DNA from: Flavobacteriaceae bacterium
GTDB lineage: Bacteria > Bacteroidota > Bacteroidia > Flavobacteriales > Flavobacteriaceae
Reading direction: 5' to 3'
Assembly: GCA_049606855.1 (NCBI GenBank)
Contig: JBMYVY010000001.1
Span: forward strand, 153,114 to 217,113
Length of the DNA: 64,000 nt
Part shown: one piece after another, positions 28,445-38,173 of the stretch
Layout of the letters: each line of letters begins with the position of its first letter
Numbering within the stretch: the first letter of the stretch is position 1
Made by a program: the position numbers and the translations under genes
Notes under the pieces: model-generated
Seen by the model: the letters and a program-made list of their open reading frames with translations, nothing else
Told to the model about the DNA's origin: nothing
The model's database searches: none

Positions 28445-29902
28445 ATGAGGACAAAGCACTTTTTTTATATATTTTTTATTGGTTTAACTTTTCTTTCCTG
28501 TGAAGACACTACCGATGAAGGACCTATTGATGATGATATAGCAATACAAGATTTTCTGTGGAAATCGATGAATAGCTATTATTTTTGGCAAGAGGATGTA
28601 GCAGACTTGTCTGATGAGAAGTTTGAATTTCAATCTGAACTGAATGATTATTTAAAGGACAAAACAAATATCCCAAGCTTTTTTTATGATGATTTAGTCA
28701 ACCAATATGGAACAATCGATAGGTTTTCATGGATTGTGGATGATTATATAGCGCTGGAAGAATCTTTCCAGGGTGTAAATGTTTCAAATGGAGTTGATTT
28801 TGGCTTGTTCGTTTTGGACAATGAAGATTCTCGTGTGTTTGGTGTTGTCAGGTATATATTGCCCGGCTCGGATGCAGCGGGTAAAGATATCGTTAGAGGA
28901 GAACTGTTTAATAGAGTTAATGGAACAGAATTAAATAGGACGAATTACCAAAGTTTGTTATTTGGAAATGATGTTTATTCATTAGGGTTTGCAAACTATA
29001 ATAATGGTGATCCAGTGGAAATTGATAAAGAAGTATCACTTGTAAAAGATCGTTATACTGAAAACCCTGTTTTCATTAATAAAACAATAACTGTTGGGGA
29101 CAAGAAAATTGGTTATTTGATGTATAACAGTTTTACAAGTTCATTTGATGACGAGTTGAACCAGGCTTTTGGTGAATTAAAATCTCAAGGGATCGATGAA
29201 TTGGTTTTGGATTTACGATACAACGGAGGGGGGTCAGTGAGAACGGCTACTTATTTAGGAGCCATGATCACAGGTCAGTTTTCCGGGAGTTTGTTTTCTT
29301 CTGAAAATTGGAATTCAAAGGTAATGGCATATTTTGATACTTTAGATGAAGCTGAACGAGATTCTTATTTAAACACGTATTTCCCAGATGAAATTGAAGG
29401 CTCCTCGACCGCAATAAATAGCCTTGGCTTGACTAAGGTCTATGTGATTACCACACGTTCAACAGCCTCTGCAAGTGAATTGATAATTAACAGCCTTAAG
29501 CCTTATATTGATGTGGTAGTTGTTGGAAGTCAAGGAACAGGGAAATTTGTAGCGTCAACGACGCTCTACGATTCGGATGATTTTACAAAAGGAGGAGCTA
29601 ATTTAGCGGAGCACACATGGGCGATTCAACCTATTATTTTAGAGGAATTTAACGCACAGGGAGTAAATAATGGAATAGAAGGGTTTCTTCCAGATTTGGA
29701 ACAACCTGAAGATTACGGAAATATGGGGGTTCTTGGTGAAATTAATGAACCTCTATTAAAAGCTGCCATCAACGATATTGTTCCTTTCCAAGCAAGAGCC
29801 TCATTTTCAACGGAACCACTTCGACAAAAGTTGATTGGTGAGAGTAAAGAAAATAGTCCTTTGTATCAAAAAATGATTACGAATAAGATAATTAAGAAAT
29901 AA
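28445..29902 (+). CDS. S41 family peptidase (C-terminal processing peptidase-like lipoprotein)
   Basis: The start at 28445 gives a lipoprotein signal (FFIGLTFLSC/ED). S41 motifs are present: LDLRYNGGG and the catalytic-Ser context TRSTASASELIINSL. Confidence 0.85.
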   Translation: MRTKHFFYIFFIGLTFLSCEDTTDEGPIDDDIAIQDFLWKSMNSYYFWQEDVADLSDEKFEFQSELNDYLKDKTNIPSFFYDDLVNQYGTIDRFSWIVDDYIALEESFQGVNVSNGVDFGLFVLDNEDSRVFGVVRYILPGSDAAGKDIVRGELFNRVNGTELNRTNYQSLLFGNDVYSLGFANYNNGDPVEIDKEVSLVKDRYTENPVFINKTITVGDKKIGYLMYNSFTSSFDDELNQAFGELKSQGIDELVLDLRYNGGGSVRTATYLGAMITGQFSGSLFSSENWNSKVMAYFDTLDEAERDSYLNTYFPDEIEGSSTAINSLGLTKVYVITTRSTASASELIINSLKPYIDVVVVGSQGTGKFVASTTLYDSDDFTKGGANLAEHTWAIQPIILEEFNAQGVNNGIEGFLPDLEQPEDYGNMGVLGEINEPLLKAAINDIVPFQARASFSTEPLRQKLIGESKENSPLYQKMITNKIIKK

Positions 29903-30909
29903 TGAAAAATATAATCTCAACAGCCTTACTTATTTTAGTAGGGCTTTTTTCTTTTGCTCAAAATACGAGCTACGAAATTGTTCAGCATTTTAATTTGCCT
30001 GGAGAAAGTATCAGGGCAATACTACCCATTTCCGAAACAGAAATGTATTTCCTTTCCGATCAGGGTACACTAGGTCATGTAATCAATACAACGGAAATTA
30101 GTTTAATTCAGTTTGATAGTTTACCCTACCGAGCAATAGCGAGTTTTGAAGAAAGAAATTTTGGATTGTCAATTGGTAACCCGGCATTAATAAAAGACTT
30201 AAGTAATTCTGAAGTTCTATACAGAGAAGATCATCCTAAGGTGTTTTACGATGCCATGGCGATATCTAAAAAAGGTATAGGATTTGCTATTGGAGACCCT
30301 GTTCAGGACGTTATGAGTGTTTTAGTATCAAAAGATGGCGGAATGCAATGGAAAAAGGTTGAATCAAAATCACTTCCTAGAGCAATTGAAGGTGAAGCTG
30401 CTTTTGCTGCAAGTAATTCAAACCTAAAAATCCTTAAGAACAAATTATATTTCGTCTCGGGAGGTAGGGTTTCGAGGTTTTATAAATCCGACGATTTAGG
30501 CGAAAATTGGTCGGCAGTACAACTCCCTATGATAAGTGGTAAATCTACTACAGGAGCGTATAGCATGGATTTTTACGATGCTGAGACAGGAATAGTCCTA
30601 GGAGGAGATTATACGGACAAAACCGCTCATAAAGATAATATAGCGATCACCACCAATGGAGGTAAAACATGGAAGATTGTGCCTGAAAACAGTTCAATAG
30701 GTTATCGATCATGTGTGCAATTTGCACCTGAAGGTAATGGAGAATTAATATTTGCTATTGGAACTCCTGGACTTTCAATATCTCAGGATGGCGGCTGGTC
30801 GTGGGAAACCTACTCAGAGCTAAATAATTATTACACCTTGAGATTTGTAAATAAAAATTATGCTTGGATTGCAGGTCAGGAAAAGCTTACTTTAATTGAG
30901 ATTCATTAA
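29902..30909 (+). CDS. BNR/Asp-box repeat beta-propeller protein (Ycf48-like)
   Basis: It has a signal peptide and four Asp-box motifs (SKDGGMQW, SDDLGENW, TTNGGKTW, SQDGGWSW). Its start overlaps the S41 stop (TAATG). Confidence 0.75.
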   Translation: MKNIISTALLILVGLFSFAQNTSYEIVQHFNLPGESIRAILPISETEMYFLSDQGTLGHVINTTEISLIQFDSLPYRAIASFEERNFGLSIGNPALIKDLSNSEVLYREDHPKVFYDAMAISKKGIGFAIGDPVQDVMSVLVSKDGGMQWKKVESKSLPRAIEGEAAFAASNSNLKILKNKLYFVSGGRVSRFYKSDDLGENWSAVQLPMISGKSTTGAYSMDFYDAETGIVLGGDYTDKTAHKDNIAITTNGGKTWKIVPENSSIGYRSCVQFAPEGNGELIFAIGTPGLSISQDGGWSWETYSELNNYYTLRFVNKNYAWIAGQEKLTLIEIH

Positions 30910-30936
30910 TTTTGTAGGACTTAAAAAAAGACAATA

Positions 30937-32175
30937 ATGGAATTTAAAAATGCAGTTGATCGCTTTATAACTTATGCGAGAATTTATACGGAATCTGATC
31001 CCAATAACCCAGCGTTTCCTTCTACGGAGAACCAGTGGGATTTAGCTCATCATTTGGTAAATGAATTAAAGGAAATTGGGCTTTCTGAAGTTGAATTGGA
31101 TGAAAATTGTTATGTGACTGCTACTCTACCCTCTAACGTAGATTACGAAGTTCCAACCATAGGTTTTGTCTCCCATATAGATACAAGTCCAGATTTCACA
31201 GGAAAAGATGTTAAGCCACAAATCCATAGAAATTATGATGGAAAAGATATAGTACTTAATAAAGAAAAAGGAATTGTATTAGACAGTAATTATTTTGACG
31301 ATATTCAACAATATGTTGGTCAAGATATTATTACAACCGATGGAACAACATTATTAGGTGCTGATGACAAAGCCGGTATTACGGAGATCGTAACGGCAAT
31401 GGAATATTTATTAGAGCATCCAAATATTAAACACGGAAGGATTCGAATTTGTTTTACTCCAGATGAGGAGGTCGGTAAAGGTGCACATAAATTTGATGTA
31501 GAAAAATTTGGTGCTCAATGGGCATACACCATGGACGGAAGTGAAATAGGGGAATTAGAATATGAAAATTTCAATGCTGCTTCTGCTCTTGTAGAAATTC
31601 AAGGAAAAATTGTCCATCCAGGGTATGCTAAAGGTAAAATGATCAATGCCATTACTTTAGCCAATAAGTTTGTTGCACGTATGCCACAATCTGAGGTTCC
31701 AGAAATGACAACTGGTTATGAAGGTTTCTTTCACTTGCATACTTTTGAGGGTAAGGTTGATGAGTCTAGCCTGAATTATATCATTAGAGATCATGATAAA
31801 GATTTGTTTGAAGAGCGTAAGAAGTTAATGTTGAAAATTGCAAATGATATGAATGAAGAATTGGGCCAAAACCTTATTGAAGTTATTATCAAAGACCAAT
31901 ATTTCAACATGAAAGAAAAAATTGAGCCTGTAATGCATATTGTGGATTTGGCAAAACAGGCCATGGAAGATGCTGGAATACAACCAAACATAAAAGCAAT
32001 TAGAGGAGGAACGGACGGTTCTCAATTGAGTTATATGGGTTTACCCTGTCCGAATATATTCGCAGGAGGGCATAATTTTCATGGTAGGTTTGAATACCTT
32101 CCCATCCCCTCGCTTTTGAAGGCAACTGAAGTTATTGTGCGTTTAGCTGAAAAAACGGCTAAACATTACGCATAA
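30937..32175 (+). CDS. pepT: peptidase T (tripeptide aminopeptidase, M20B)
   Basis: The 412-aa product matches the PepT pattern: FVSHIDTSPD, LGADDKAGI, FTPDEEVGKGA and GGTDGS. Confidence 0.9.
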   Translation: MEFKNAVDRFITYARIYTESDPNNPAFPSTENQWDLAHHLVNELKEIGLSEVELDENCYVTATLPSNVDYEVPTIGFVSHIDTSPDFTGKDVKPQIHRNYDGKDIVLNKEKGIVLDSNYFDDIQQYVGQDIITTDGTTLLGADDKAGITEIVTAMEYLLEHPNIKHGRIRICFTPDEEVGKGAHKFDVEKFGAQWAYTMDGSEIGELEYENFNAASALVEIQGKIVHPGYAKGKMINAITLANKFVARMPQSEVPEMTTGYEGFFHLHTFEGKVDESSLNYIIRDHDKDLFEERKKLMLKIANDMNEELGQNLIEVIIKDQYFNMKEKIEPVMHIVDLAKQAMEDAGIQPNIKAIRGGTDGSQLSYMGLPCPNIFAGGHNFHGRFEYLPIPSLLKATEVIVRLAEKTAKHYA

Positions 32176-32189
32176 AATATTAACAGAGG

Positions 32190-32224
32190 AGCAACATTTG
32201 TTTGAAAATGTTGCTTTTTTTTTT
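32190..32224 (+). terminator. intrinsic terminator after pepT
   Basis: The stem AGCAACATTT / AAATGTTGCT (32190-32199 / 32206-32215) is followed by a T-run of about 10. Confidence 0.85.
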
Positions 32225-32265
32225 GCCCTCCGAACATTTTTTAATTTTACACAAAATTTGTGATT

Positions 32266-33474
32266 ATGAACAACCTAGAATTATTGAATCTAGTAGAAAA
32301 ATACGGTGCACCTTTATATGTTTATGATGCCGAAGTAATAGAAAAGCAATACAATAAACTTACAAGTGCATTTTCCGGAGTTAAAAGTTTAGAAATTCAT
32401 TATGCGATGAAGGCACTGAATAATATTTCTATTTTGAAGTTCATGAAAAAATTAGGGGCTGGATTGGATACGGTTTCAATCGGAGAGGTTGAAATGGGAC
32501 TTCACGCGGGTTTCGATGCTTCACAAATCATGTTTACCCCCAATGGCGTATCTCTGGAAGAAATTGAGTTAGCTGCTAAATTAGGAGTTCGGATAAACAT
32601 CGACAACTTATCTCTTTTGGAACAATTTGGGGCAAAATACCCTACTACGCCAGTCTGCGTCAGAATTAACCCGCATATCATGGCCGGAGGGAATTCAAAA
32701 ATATCAGTTGGACATATCGATTCAAAATTTGGTATCTCCATACATCAATTGCCACATATTAAAAGAGTTGTTGAAAATACAGGTATGGTTATTAATGGTG
32801 TACATATGCATACGGGATCTGATATACTTGATATTCAAGTATTCTTATCTGCAGCAGATTTGCTCTTCGAAGTTGCATCAGAATTTAGCGATATTGAGTT
32901 TATAGATTTTGGAAGTGGGTTTAAAGTGCCCTATAAGGAAGGGGATTATCAAACGGATATAGAAAATCTAGGTTTGGAATTAAGTGAAAAATTCAATGGC
33001 TTTTGTAAAGAATATGGCAAAGACTTAACATTAATCTTTGAGCCGGGGAAATTCCTAGTGTCTGAGTCGGGGAAATTTTTAACCAAGGTGAATGTGGTTA
33101 AACAAACTACTTCTATGGTTTTTGCTCAAGTTGACTCAGGTTTTAATCACTTAGGAAGACCAATGCTCTATGATGCTTATCATCACATTCATAATATTTC
33201 TAATCCTGACGGACGAAACCGCTATTATTCAGTAACGGGCTATATCTGTGAAACAGATACTTTTGGCACCAATCGTTGTATTGGTGAAATTTCGGAAGGT
33301 GATATACTTTGTTTCGATAACGCCGGTGCTTATTGCTTTACAATGGCCTCACAATACAATTCAAGATATAGACCTGCTGAAGTTCTTGTATATAAAGGGC
33401 AAGATTATTTAATTCGAAAGGAAGAAGAATTTAAAGATTTACTAGCGAATCAAGTTGAAATAGATATTTCCTAA
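32266..33474 (+). CDS. lysA: diaminopimelate decarboxylase
   Basis: It follows the PLP-dependent group IV decarboxylase pattern (YAMKALNN PLP-Lys region, HMHTGS, EPGKFLV, CETDTF). ATG 32266 is preferred over GTG 32260. Confidence 0.9.
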   Translation: MNNLELLNLVEKYGAPLYVYDAEVIEKQYNKLTSAFSGVKSLEIHYAMKALNNISILKFMKKLGAGLDTVSIGEVEMGLHAGFDASQIMFTPNGVSLEEIELAAKLGVRINIDNLSLLEQFGAKYPTTPVCVRINPHIMAGGNSKISVGHIDSKFGISIHQLPHIKRVVENTGMVINGVHMHTGSDILDIQVFLSAADLLFEVASEFSDIEFIDFGSGFKVPYKEGDYQTDIENLGLELSEKFNGFCKEYGKDLTLIFEPGKFLVSESGKFLTKVNVVKQTTSMVFAQVDSGFNHLGRPMLYDAYHHIHNISNPDGRNRYYSVTGYICETDTFGTNRCIGEISEGDILCFDNAGAYCFTMASQYNSRYRPAEVLVYKGQDYLIRKEEEFKDLLANQVEIDIS

Positions 33475-33493
33475 TTAAAAAGACTTGTTTTCT

Positions 33494-33523
33494 TTGATTA
33501 TTTTCATTGATTTGATATATTTG
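33494..33523 (+). promoter_or_regulatory. Bacteroidetes-type sigma-A promoter (TTG-N19-TAtaTTTG) upstream of the thr leader ORF
   Basis: TTG lies at 33494-33496, followed by 19 nt and then TATATTTG at 33516-33523. This is 18 nt upstream of the leader ATG at 33542. Confidence 0.6.
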
Positions 33524-33541
33524 TTGAGATTACATCAATAC

Positions 33542-33598
33542 ATGAACAACTACGGTTTACATACTACTAGATTCACGACGACAACCCTTAGGGGTTAA
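33542..33598 (+). promoter_or_regulatory. candidate threonine-rich leader peptide ORF (MNNYGLHTTRFTTTTLRG*)
   Basis: This 18-codon ORF has 6 Thr codons, four of them consecutive (ACG ACG ACA ACC). It lies between a consensus promoter and thrB. Confidence 0.5.
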
Positions 33599-33676
33599 TC
33601 GACGAATAACTGCTGTAGGTCAGTTGGGAACCATATCCTAGCACAAGTTCAAATAACAATTCAAATATTTATAATC

Positions 33677-34615
33677 ATGGAAGCAATCAAAATATTTGCT
33701 CCAGCATCTGTAGCCAATCTTAACTGTGGTTTCGATGCGCTAGGACTCTGTTTAGAGCATGTTGGAGATGAGATGATTTTTAAAAAATCAAAGAAATTAG
33801 GTGTAAGAATAACTAAAATTGAGGGAGCCAATCTTCCTTACGATATTCATAAAAATGTAGCTGGTATTGCTGCAGATTCTTTGTACAAAAGAATTAAACC
33901 AAATTTTGGAATAGAAATAGAACTCTATAAAGGCATTTTACCCGGAAGTGGCATAGGATCGAGCTCAGCAAGTGCTGTCGGTGCTGTAATCGGTGTCAAC
34001 ACTCTTTGCGGTAATCCTTTTGAACGTGTGGATTTATTGTCGCATGCAATAGATGGTGAAGCATTTGCTTCTGGACAAAGACATGCGGACAACGTTGCAC
34101 CTGCCCTATTTGGTGGAATTCAACTTATTAGAGATCACAAAACAAACGATATTTTGTCACTTCCTTTTTCAAGTGATTTAAGGGTGCTGGTCATTCATCC
34201 ACAAGTTGAAATCAAGACTTCAGAAGCACGTGCTTTACTTCCCAAACAAATTAAACTTAACAATGCGGTAAAAGCATGGGCTAATCTCGGTGCTTTGGTG
34301 CATGGTTTTCATACCATTGATTACCCCTTGATATCAAGGGCTATGGAAGATCTCATCGTTGAACCTCATCGTAAATCTTTAATACCCGGCTTTGATGACA
34401 TGAAAGAAATTGCCCTTAAAAACGGAGCAATTTCGTTTGGTATTTCTGGTTCAGGGCCTTCAATGTTCGCGCTAGTAAATAAGGATTCGGATATTGATAA
34501 AATTCAATACGATTGGATGCTTAAAATGTCCGAGTACAATCTCGAATCAAGACAATATTTAAGTCATATAAATGCTTTTGGAGCGAAGAAAATGGAAGAG
34601 AATGCAGTTCTATAG
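33677..34615 (+). CDS. thrB: homoserine kinase
   Basis: It has GHMP-kinase motifs (LPGSGIGSSSASAVGA). At 312 aa, it directly precedes thrC. Confidence 0.9.
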   Translation: MEAIKIFAPASVANLNCGFDALGLCLEHVGDEMIFKKSKKLGVRITKIEGANLPYDIHKNVAGIAADSLYKRIKPNFGIEIELYKGILPGSGIGSSSASAVGAVIGVNTLCGNPFERVDLLSHAIDGEAFASGQRHADNVAPALFGGIQLIRDHKTNDILSLPFSSDLRVLVIHPQVEIKTSEARALLPKQIKLNNAVKAWANLGALVHGFHTIDYPLISRAMEDLIVEPHRKSLIPGFDDMKEIALKNGAISFGISGSGPSMFALVNKDSDIDKIQYDWMLKMSEYNLESRQYLSHINAFGAKKMEENAVL

Positions 34616-35885
34616 TTTAAATAACCCAGAGCACAAAGTTAGTTTTAAACAAGCTTTGATTCGCGGACTGGCTCCGGATAAAGGATTGTACTTTCCGGAC
34701 GATATTCCATGTCTTAAATCAGATTTTCTTGAGAGACTTCCAAAAATGAATGTTCCTCAAATTGCCTTTGAGGTTCTTTTCCCATTTGTTTCTGACGATA
34801 TTACAGAGGCTGATTTCGAACAACTATGTAAAGAAGCTTTTGATTTTGAGTTTCCAGTGATCCAAATAGAAGATCGTGTTTCAGTTTTAGAATTATTTCA
34901 TGGTCCGAGTCAAGCATTTAAAGATGTAGGAGCTCGTTTTATGGCATCATGTATGAGCTATTTTGATAAGGAGGAAGGTTCCTTAAATATTTTAGTTGCA
35001 ACTAGTGGTGATACTGGAGGAGCTGTAGCTGCAGGCTTTTATGATCAACCCGGAATAAACGTACATATACTTTTTCCTCAAGGAAAAGTATCTAAATATC
35101 AGGAATTCCAATTGACGAGTCTTGGAAAAAATATCCATTGTTACCCCGTTCAGGGTGATTTCGATCTGTGTCAATCGATAGTAAAAGAGGCTTTTGTCGA
35201 TGAAAAATTGATGAAATTTGTTAATTTAAGTAGTGCAAATTCAATAAATATAGGAAGATGGCTTGCACAAATTCTGTATTATTTTGTCGCCTATCGAAAC
35301 ATGGAAAACCCTGAGGAGCTAACCATCAGCGTTCCGTCTGGAAATTTTGGCAATATAGCAGCGGGGATTTTGGCAAAAAAAATGGGATTACCTATAAAAC
35401 ACTTAATTGCAGCAACGAACCAAAATGACACTATTCCTAGATTTATGGCAAGTGGGAATTATGATCCAAAACCTACAAAACCAAGTATTTCCAATGCCAT
35501 GGATGTGAGTAATCCAAGTAATTTTATCAGGATTGAAAATTTATTAGATTTCAATAAATCGTATTTTTCTTCTTTATCGTTCAGTGATGGAGATGCATTA
35601 TTAGCTATAAAGAAGGTGTTTAAAGATAGTGGGTACATTATGGAACCTCATGGTGCTACTGCATATATTGGTTTAAAACAAACGAACTATAAAGGGAATG
35701 GGTTATTTCTCGCAACTGCACATCCCTATAAGTTTAGAGAGGTTATGCCTTCAGAATTGGTGGACAAGATTCATTTAGATGATCAAAGTGAATGGGGAAA
35801 TTACACTGCAAAAAACAAACATGAAATTAGAAATTATCAAGACTTTTATGCTCATATATTAAATAGTGATTTTCATAGAAAATAA
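34602..35885 (+). CDS. thrC: threonine synthase
   Basis: It follows the PLP-dependent ThrC pattern ([18 protein letters not shown]-Lys, ATSGDTGGA). I prefer ATG 34602 ([10 protein letters not shown]...), which overlaps the thrB end by 14 nt, over ORF-track ATG 34572. Confidence 0.9.
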   Translation: MQFYSLNNPEHKVSFKQALIRGLAPDKGLYFPDDIPCLKSDFLERLPKMNVPQIAFEVLFPFVSDDITEADFEQLCKEAFDFEFPVIQIEDRVSVLELFHGPSQAFKDVGARFMASCMSYFDKEEGSLNILVATSGDTGGAVAAGFYDQPGINVHILFPQGKVSKYQEFQLTSLGKNIHCYPVQGDFDLCQSIVKEAFVDEKLMKFVNLSSANSINIGRWLAQILYYFVAYRNMENPEELTISVPSGNFGNIAAGILAKKMGLPIKHLIAATNQNDTIPRFMASGNYDPKPTKPSISNAMDVSNPSNFIRIENLLDFNKSYFSSLSFSDGDALLAIKKVFKDSGYIMEPHGATAYIGLKQTNYKGNGLFLATAHPYKFREVMPSELVDKIHLDDQSEWGNYTAKNKHEIRNYQDFYAHILNSDFHRK

Positions 35886-35886
35886 A

Positions 35887-35894
35887 TACATTTG
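35887..35894 (+). promoter_or_regulatory. possible -7 box (TACATTTG) ahead of gcvT
   Basis: It is an exact TAnnTTTG motif 17 nt upstream of ATG 35912. No matching TTG sits at -33, so support is weak. Confidence 0.3.
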
Positions 35895-35911
35895 TATCAA
35901 ACAAAACAAAC

Positions 35912-36994
35912 ATGAAAAACACTGCACTTACTCACATTCACGAAGAACTTGGCGCAAAAATGATGCCTTTTGCAGGCTATAATATGCCTATACAATACGA
36001 GGGGGTTTCCATTGAACATGAAACTGTAAGAGAAAAACTTGGAGTCTTTGATGTATCTCATATGGGGGAATTTTTTTTAGAAGGACCTGGAACCATTGAT
36101 CTTATTCAACGTGTATGTACTAATGATGCCTCAAAAATTGTAGATGGTCAAGCGCAATACACCTGTATGCCCAATGAAGATGGTGGAATCATTGATGATT
36201 TGATAATTTACAGGTTCAACCAGGAGAAATTTATGTTGGTTGTTAATGCCTCGAACATAGAAAAGGATTGGAATTGGATTTCTAAATTTAATACCCAAGG
36301 GGTTAAAATGACCAATTCTTCAGATGAATACTCACTACTTGCCGTACAAGGTCCTTTGGCTGTTGAGGCTATGCAATCTTTGACTTCAGTTAATTTAACA
36401 GATATTAAATTCTATCATTTTGTTCTGGCAGATTTCGCTGGTTTGAGTGATATCATTATATCCGCAACGGGATATACTGGTTCTGGTGGTTTTGAAATCT
36501 ATTTTAAAAATAATCAAGCTGTAGATGTTTGGAATGCGGTAATGAGTGCTGGAAGTGCTTTTGGAATTAAACCCATAGGTCTTGCCGCTAGAGACACCTT
36601 AAGACTCGAAATGGGTTATTGTCTCTATGGAAATGATATAGACGATACTACTTCTCCACTTGAAGCTGGCTTAGGATGGATTACAAAGTTCACGAAAGAA
36701 TTCACAAATTCTGAGTTTTTAAAGGCTCAAAAGGAAGCGGGAATAAAAAGAAAATTGGTCGCCTTTGAGTTGATTGATAAAGGAGTTCCTCGTGGAGGAT
36801 ATGAAATTGTTGATCACGAGGGTAAGCCAATTGGGAAGGTAACCTCAGGAACAATGGGGCCTTCTGTAAAAAAAGGAATCGGACTGGGTTATGTGGATAG
36901 AGCCTTTATGAAAGCAGATACTGAAATTTATATCGCAGTTAGAAAGAAAAGGTTAAAAGCTAAAGTGGTAAAACTTCCATTTTATAAAGCTTAA
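35912..36994 (+). CDS. gcvT: glycine cleavage system aminomethyltransferase T
   Basis: The 360-aa product matches the GcvT pattern ([34 protein letters not shown]). Confidence 0.95.
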   Translation: MKNTALTHIHEELGAKMMPFAGYNMPIQYEGVSIEHETVREKLGVFDVSHMGEFFLEGPGTIDLIQRVCTNDASKIVDGQAQYTCMPNEDGGIIDDLIIYRFNQEKFMLVVNASNIEKDWNWISKFNTQGVKMTNSSDEYSLLAVQGPLAVEAMQSLTSVNLTDIKFYHFVLADFAGLSDIIISATGYTGSGGFEIYFKNNQAVDVWNAVMSAGSAFGIKPIGLAARDTLRLEMGYCLYGNDIDDTTSPLEAGLGWITKFTKEFTNSEFLKAQKEAGIKRKLVAFELIDKGVPRGGYEIVDHEGKPIGKVTSGTMGPSVKKGIGLGYVDRAFMKADTEIYIAVRKKRLKAKVVKLPFYKA

Positions 36995-36996
36995 CT

Positions 36997-37031
36997 AAAA
37001 AAAGCCAAACTCGATGAGTTTGGCTTTTTTT
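36997..37031. terminator. bidirectional intrinsic terminator between gcvT and the convergent acyltransferase gene
   Basis: The stem GCCAAACTC / GAGTTTGGC (37004-37012 / 37016-37024) is flanked by an A-run and a T-run. Confidence 0.85.
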
Positions 37032-37569
37032 ATGAATATTCAGGAACTCGACCGACCACTCCTTTAAAAAATGCCTTAATCTCTTGAATATCTTTTATAG
37101 GGTCCTCGCCTGGATAAAACGGCTTAGATATTCGTAACGTTTTATGTTCAAAATCAAAGGCCACTCCAATTATTGGAATCCCGGCACCCTTTGCTATATA
37201 ATAGAATCCGGTTTTCCATTCAGTTACCTTCTTTCTGGTGCCTTCTGGTGAAAGCGCTAGTGCAAAGGCTTCATGGTTATCAAAAATTTCTATTATGCTA
37301 TCTACCTTATTTTGAGATTTTGAACGATTGATTGGAAATCCACCTTGCCATTTAAAAAACCATCCAAAAGGTCCTTTAAATAAAGACGCTTTGGCAAGAA
37401 ATTTAATATCTCTTCCCGTTACACTGCGAAAAAGTACTCCTAAGGGAAAATCCTCCCAATGGGTATGTGGAACAGCTATTGTAATGAATTTTTTAATTTC
37501 ATCGGGATAACTGCCTTCTATTTTCCAACCCCATAATCGCTCTAATATAAATTTTGAAAGCTGTTGCAT
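37030..37569 (-). CDS. lysophospholipid (1-acyl-sn-glycerol-3-phosphate) acyltransferase family protein
   Basis: PlsC-family motifs are present: HxxxxD (HTHWED) and the EGTR block (SPEGTRKK). Confidence 0.75.
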   Translation of the reverse strand: MQQLSKFILERLWGWKIEGSYPDEIKKFITIAVPHTHWEDFPLGVLFRSVTGRDIKFLAKASLFKGPFGWFFKWQGGFPINRSKSQNKVDSIIEIFDNHEAFALALSPEGTRKKVTEWKTGFYYIAKGAGIPIIGVAFDFEHKTLRISKPFYPGEDPIKDIQEIKAFFKGVVGRVPEYS

Positions 37570-37602
37570 ATATCCTTATATTGGTTGACAAATATACTTA
37601 TT

Positions 37603-38133
37603 ATGAAACAACTCCTTCTATTATTATTTTTCATGTTTACACTATTAGAAAGTTCAGCCCAAGAAGCCTTGGTTATTGAAGGATATGGCGAGATTTATTT
37701 AAGTGAAAATGATGCAATTATGTTGGATCTCGATAAGGAGCATAATGCCATATTTGATGTAATGATAACTTCTAGGGAGAAAGGTCAAGTTAACCCTTTA
37801 CTCAACGCTGTTGCTCGATATATCAATTTACATGCTGCCAAAGGATTGTCTGTAGATAAAATGAATATCGTTGTGGTTTTTCACGGACGTGCAACTAAGG
37901 ATGGTCTTAACAATAAAGTATATAAAAGCAATGTTGGAGAAGATAATCCCAATAAAGAACTTATTGAGAAACTAAATGACGTTGGGGTTGAATTCTACGT
38001 ATGTGCACAGAGTCTGAATGCTTATAATTTCATGGAATCAGATTATTTAAAGCAAGTCAAAATTTCACCTTCTGCTATGACAGCACTTATTTATTTTCAA
38101 GAAAAGGGTTATCATTTAATCGACTTTAATTAA
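37603..38133 (+). CDS. secreted DsrE/DsrF-like family protein
   Basis: ATG 37603 gives the signal peptide MKQLLLLLFFMFTLLESSA/QE. The C-terminal pattern (VVVFHGRA...VEFYVCAQSL...SAMTALIYFQEKGY) resembles DsrE-like proteins. The call is tentative. Confidence 0.5.
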   Translation: MKQLLLLLFFMFTLLESSAQEALVIEGYGEIYLSENDAIMLDLDKEHNAIFDVMITSREKGQVNPLLNAVARYINLHAAKGLSVDKMNIVVVFHGRATKDGLNNKVYKSNVGEDNPNKELIEKLNDVGVEFYVCAQSLNAYNFMESDYLKQVKISPSAMTALIYFQEKGYHLIDFN

Positions 38134-38173
38134 TTACAGGGGGTATTAACGTCGTTATTTAAATAAAGACGTT

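Noticed and set aside
33599-33676. An intrinsic terminator expected downstream of the Thr leader ORF, and the 8-bp direct repeat TTCAAATA (33648-33655, 33660-33667).
   Set aside because: No GC-rich hairpin followed by a T-run is present. The direct repeat is short and lies in AT-rich sequence, so it could be chance. This is kept as a caveat in the leader finding rather than annotated.
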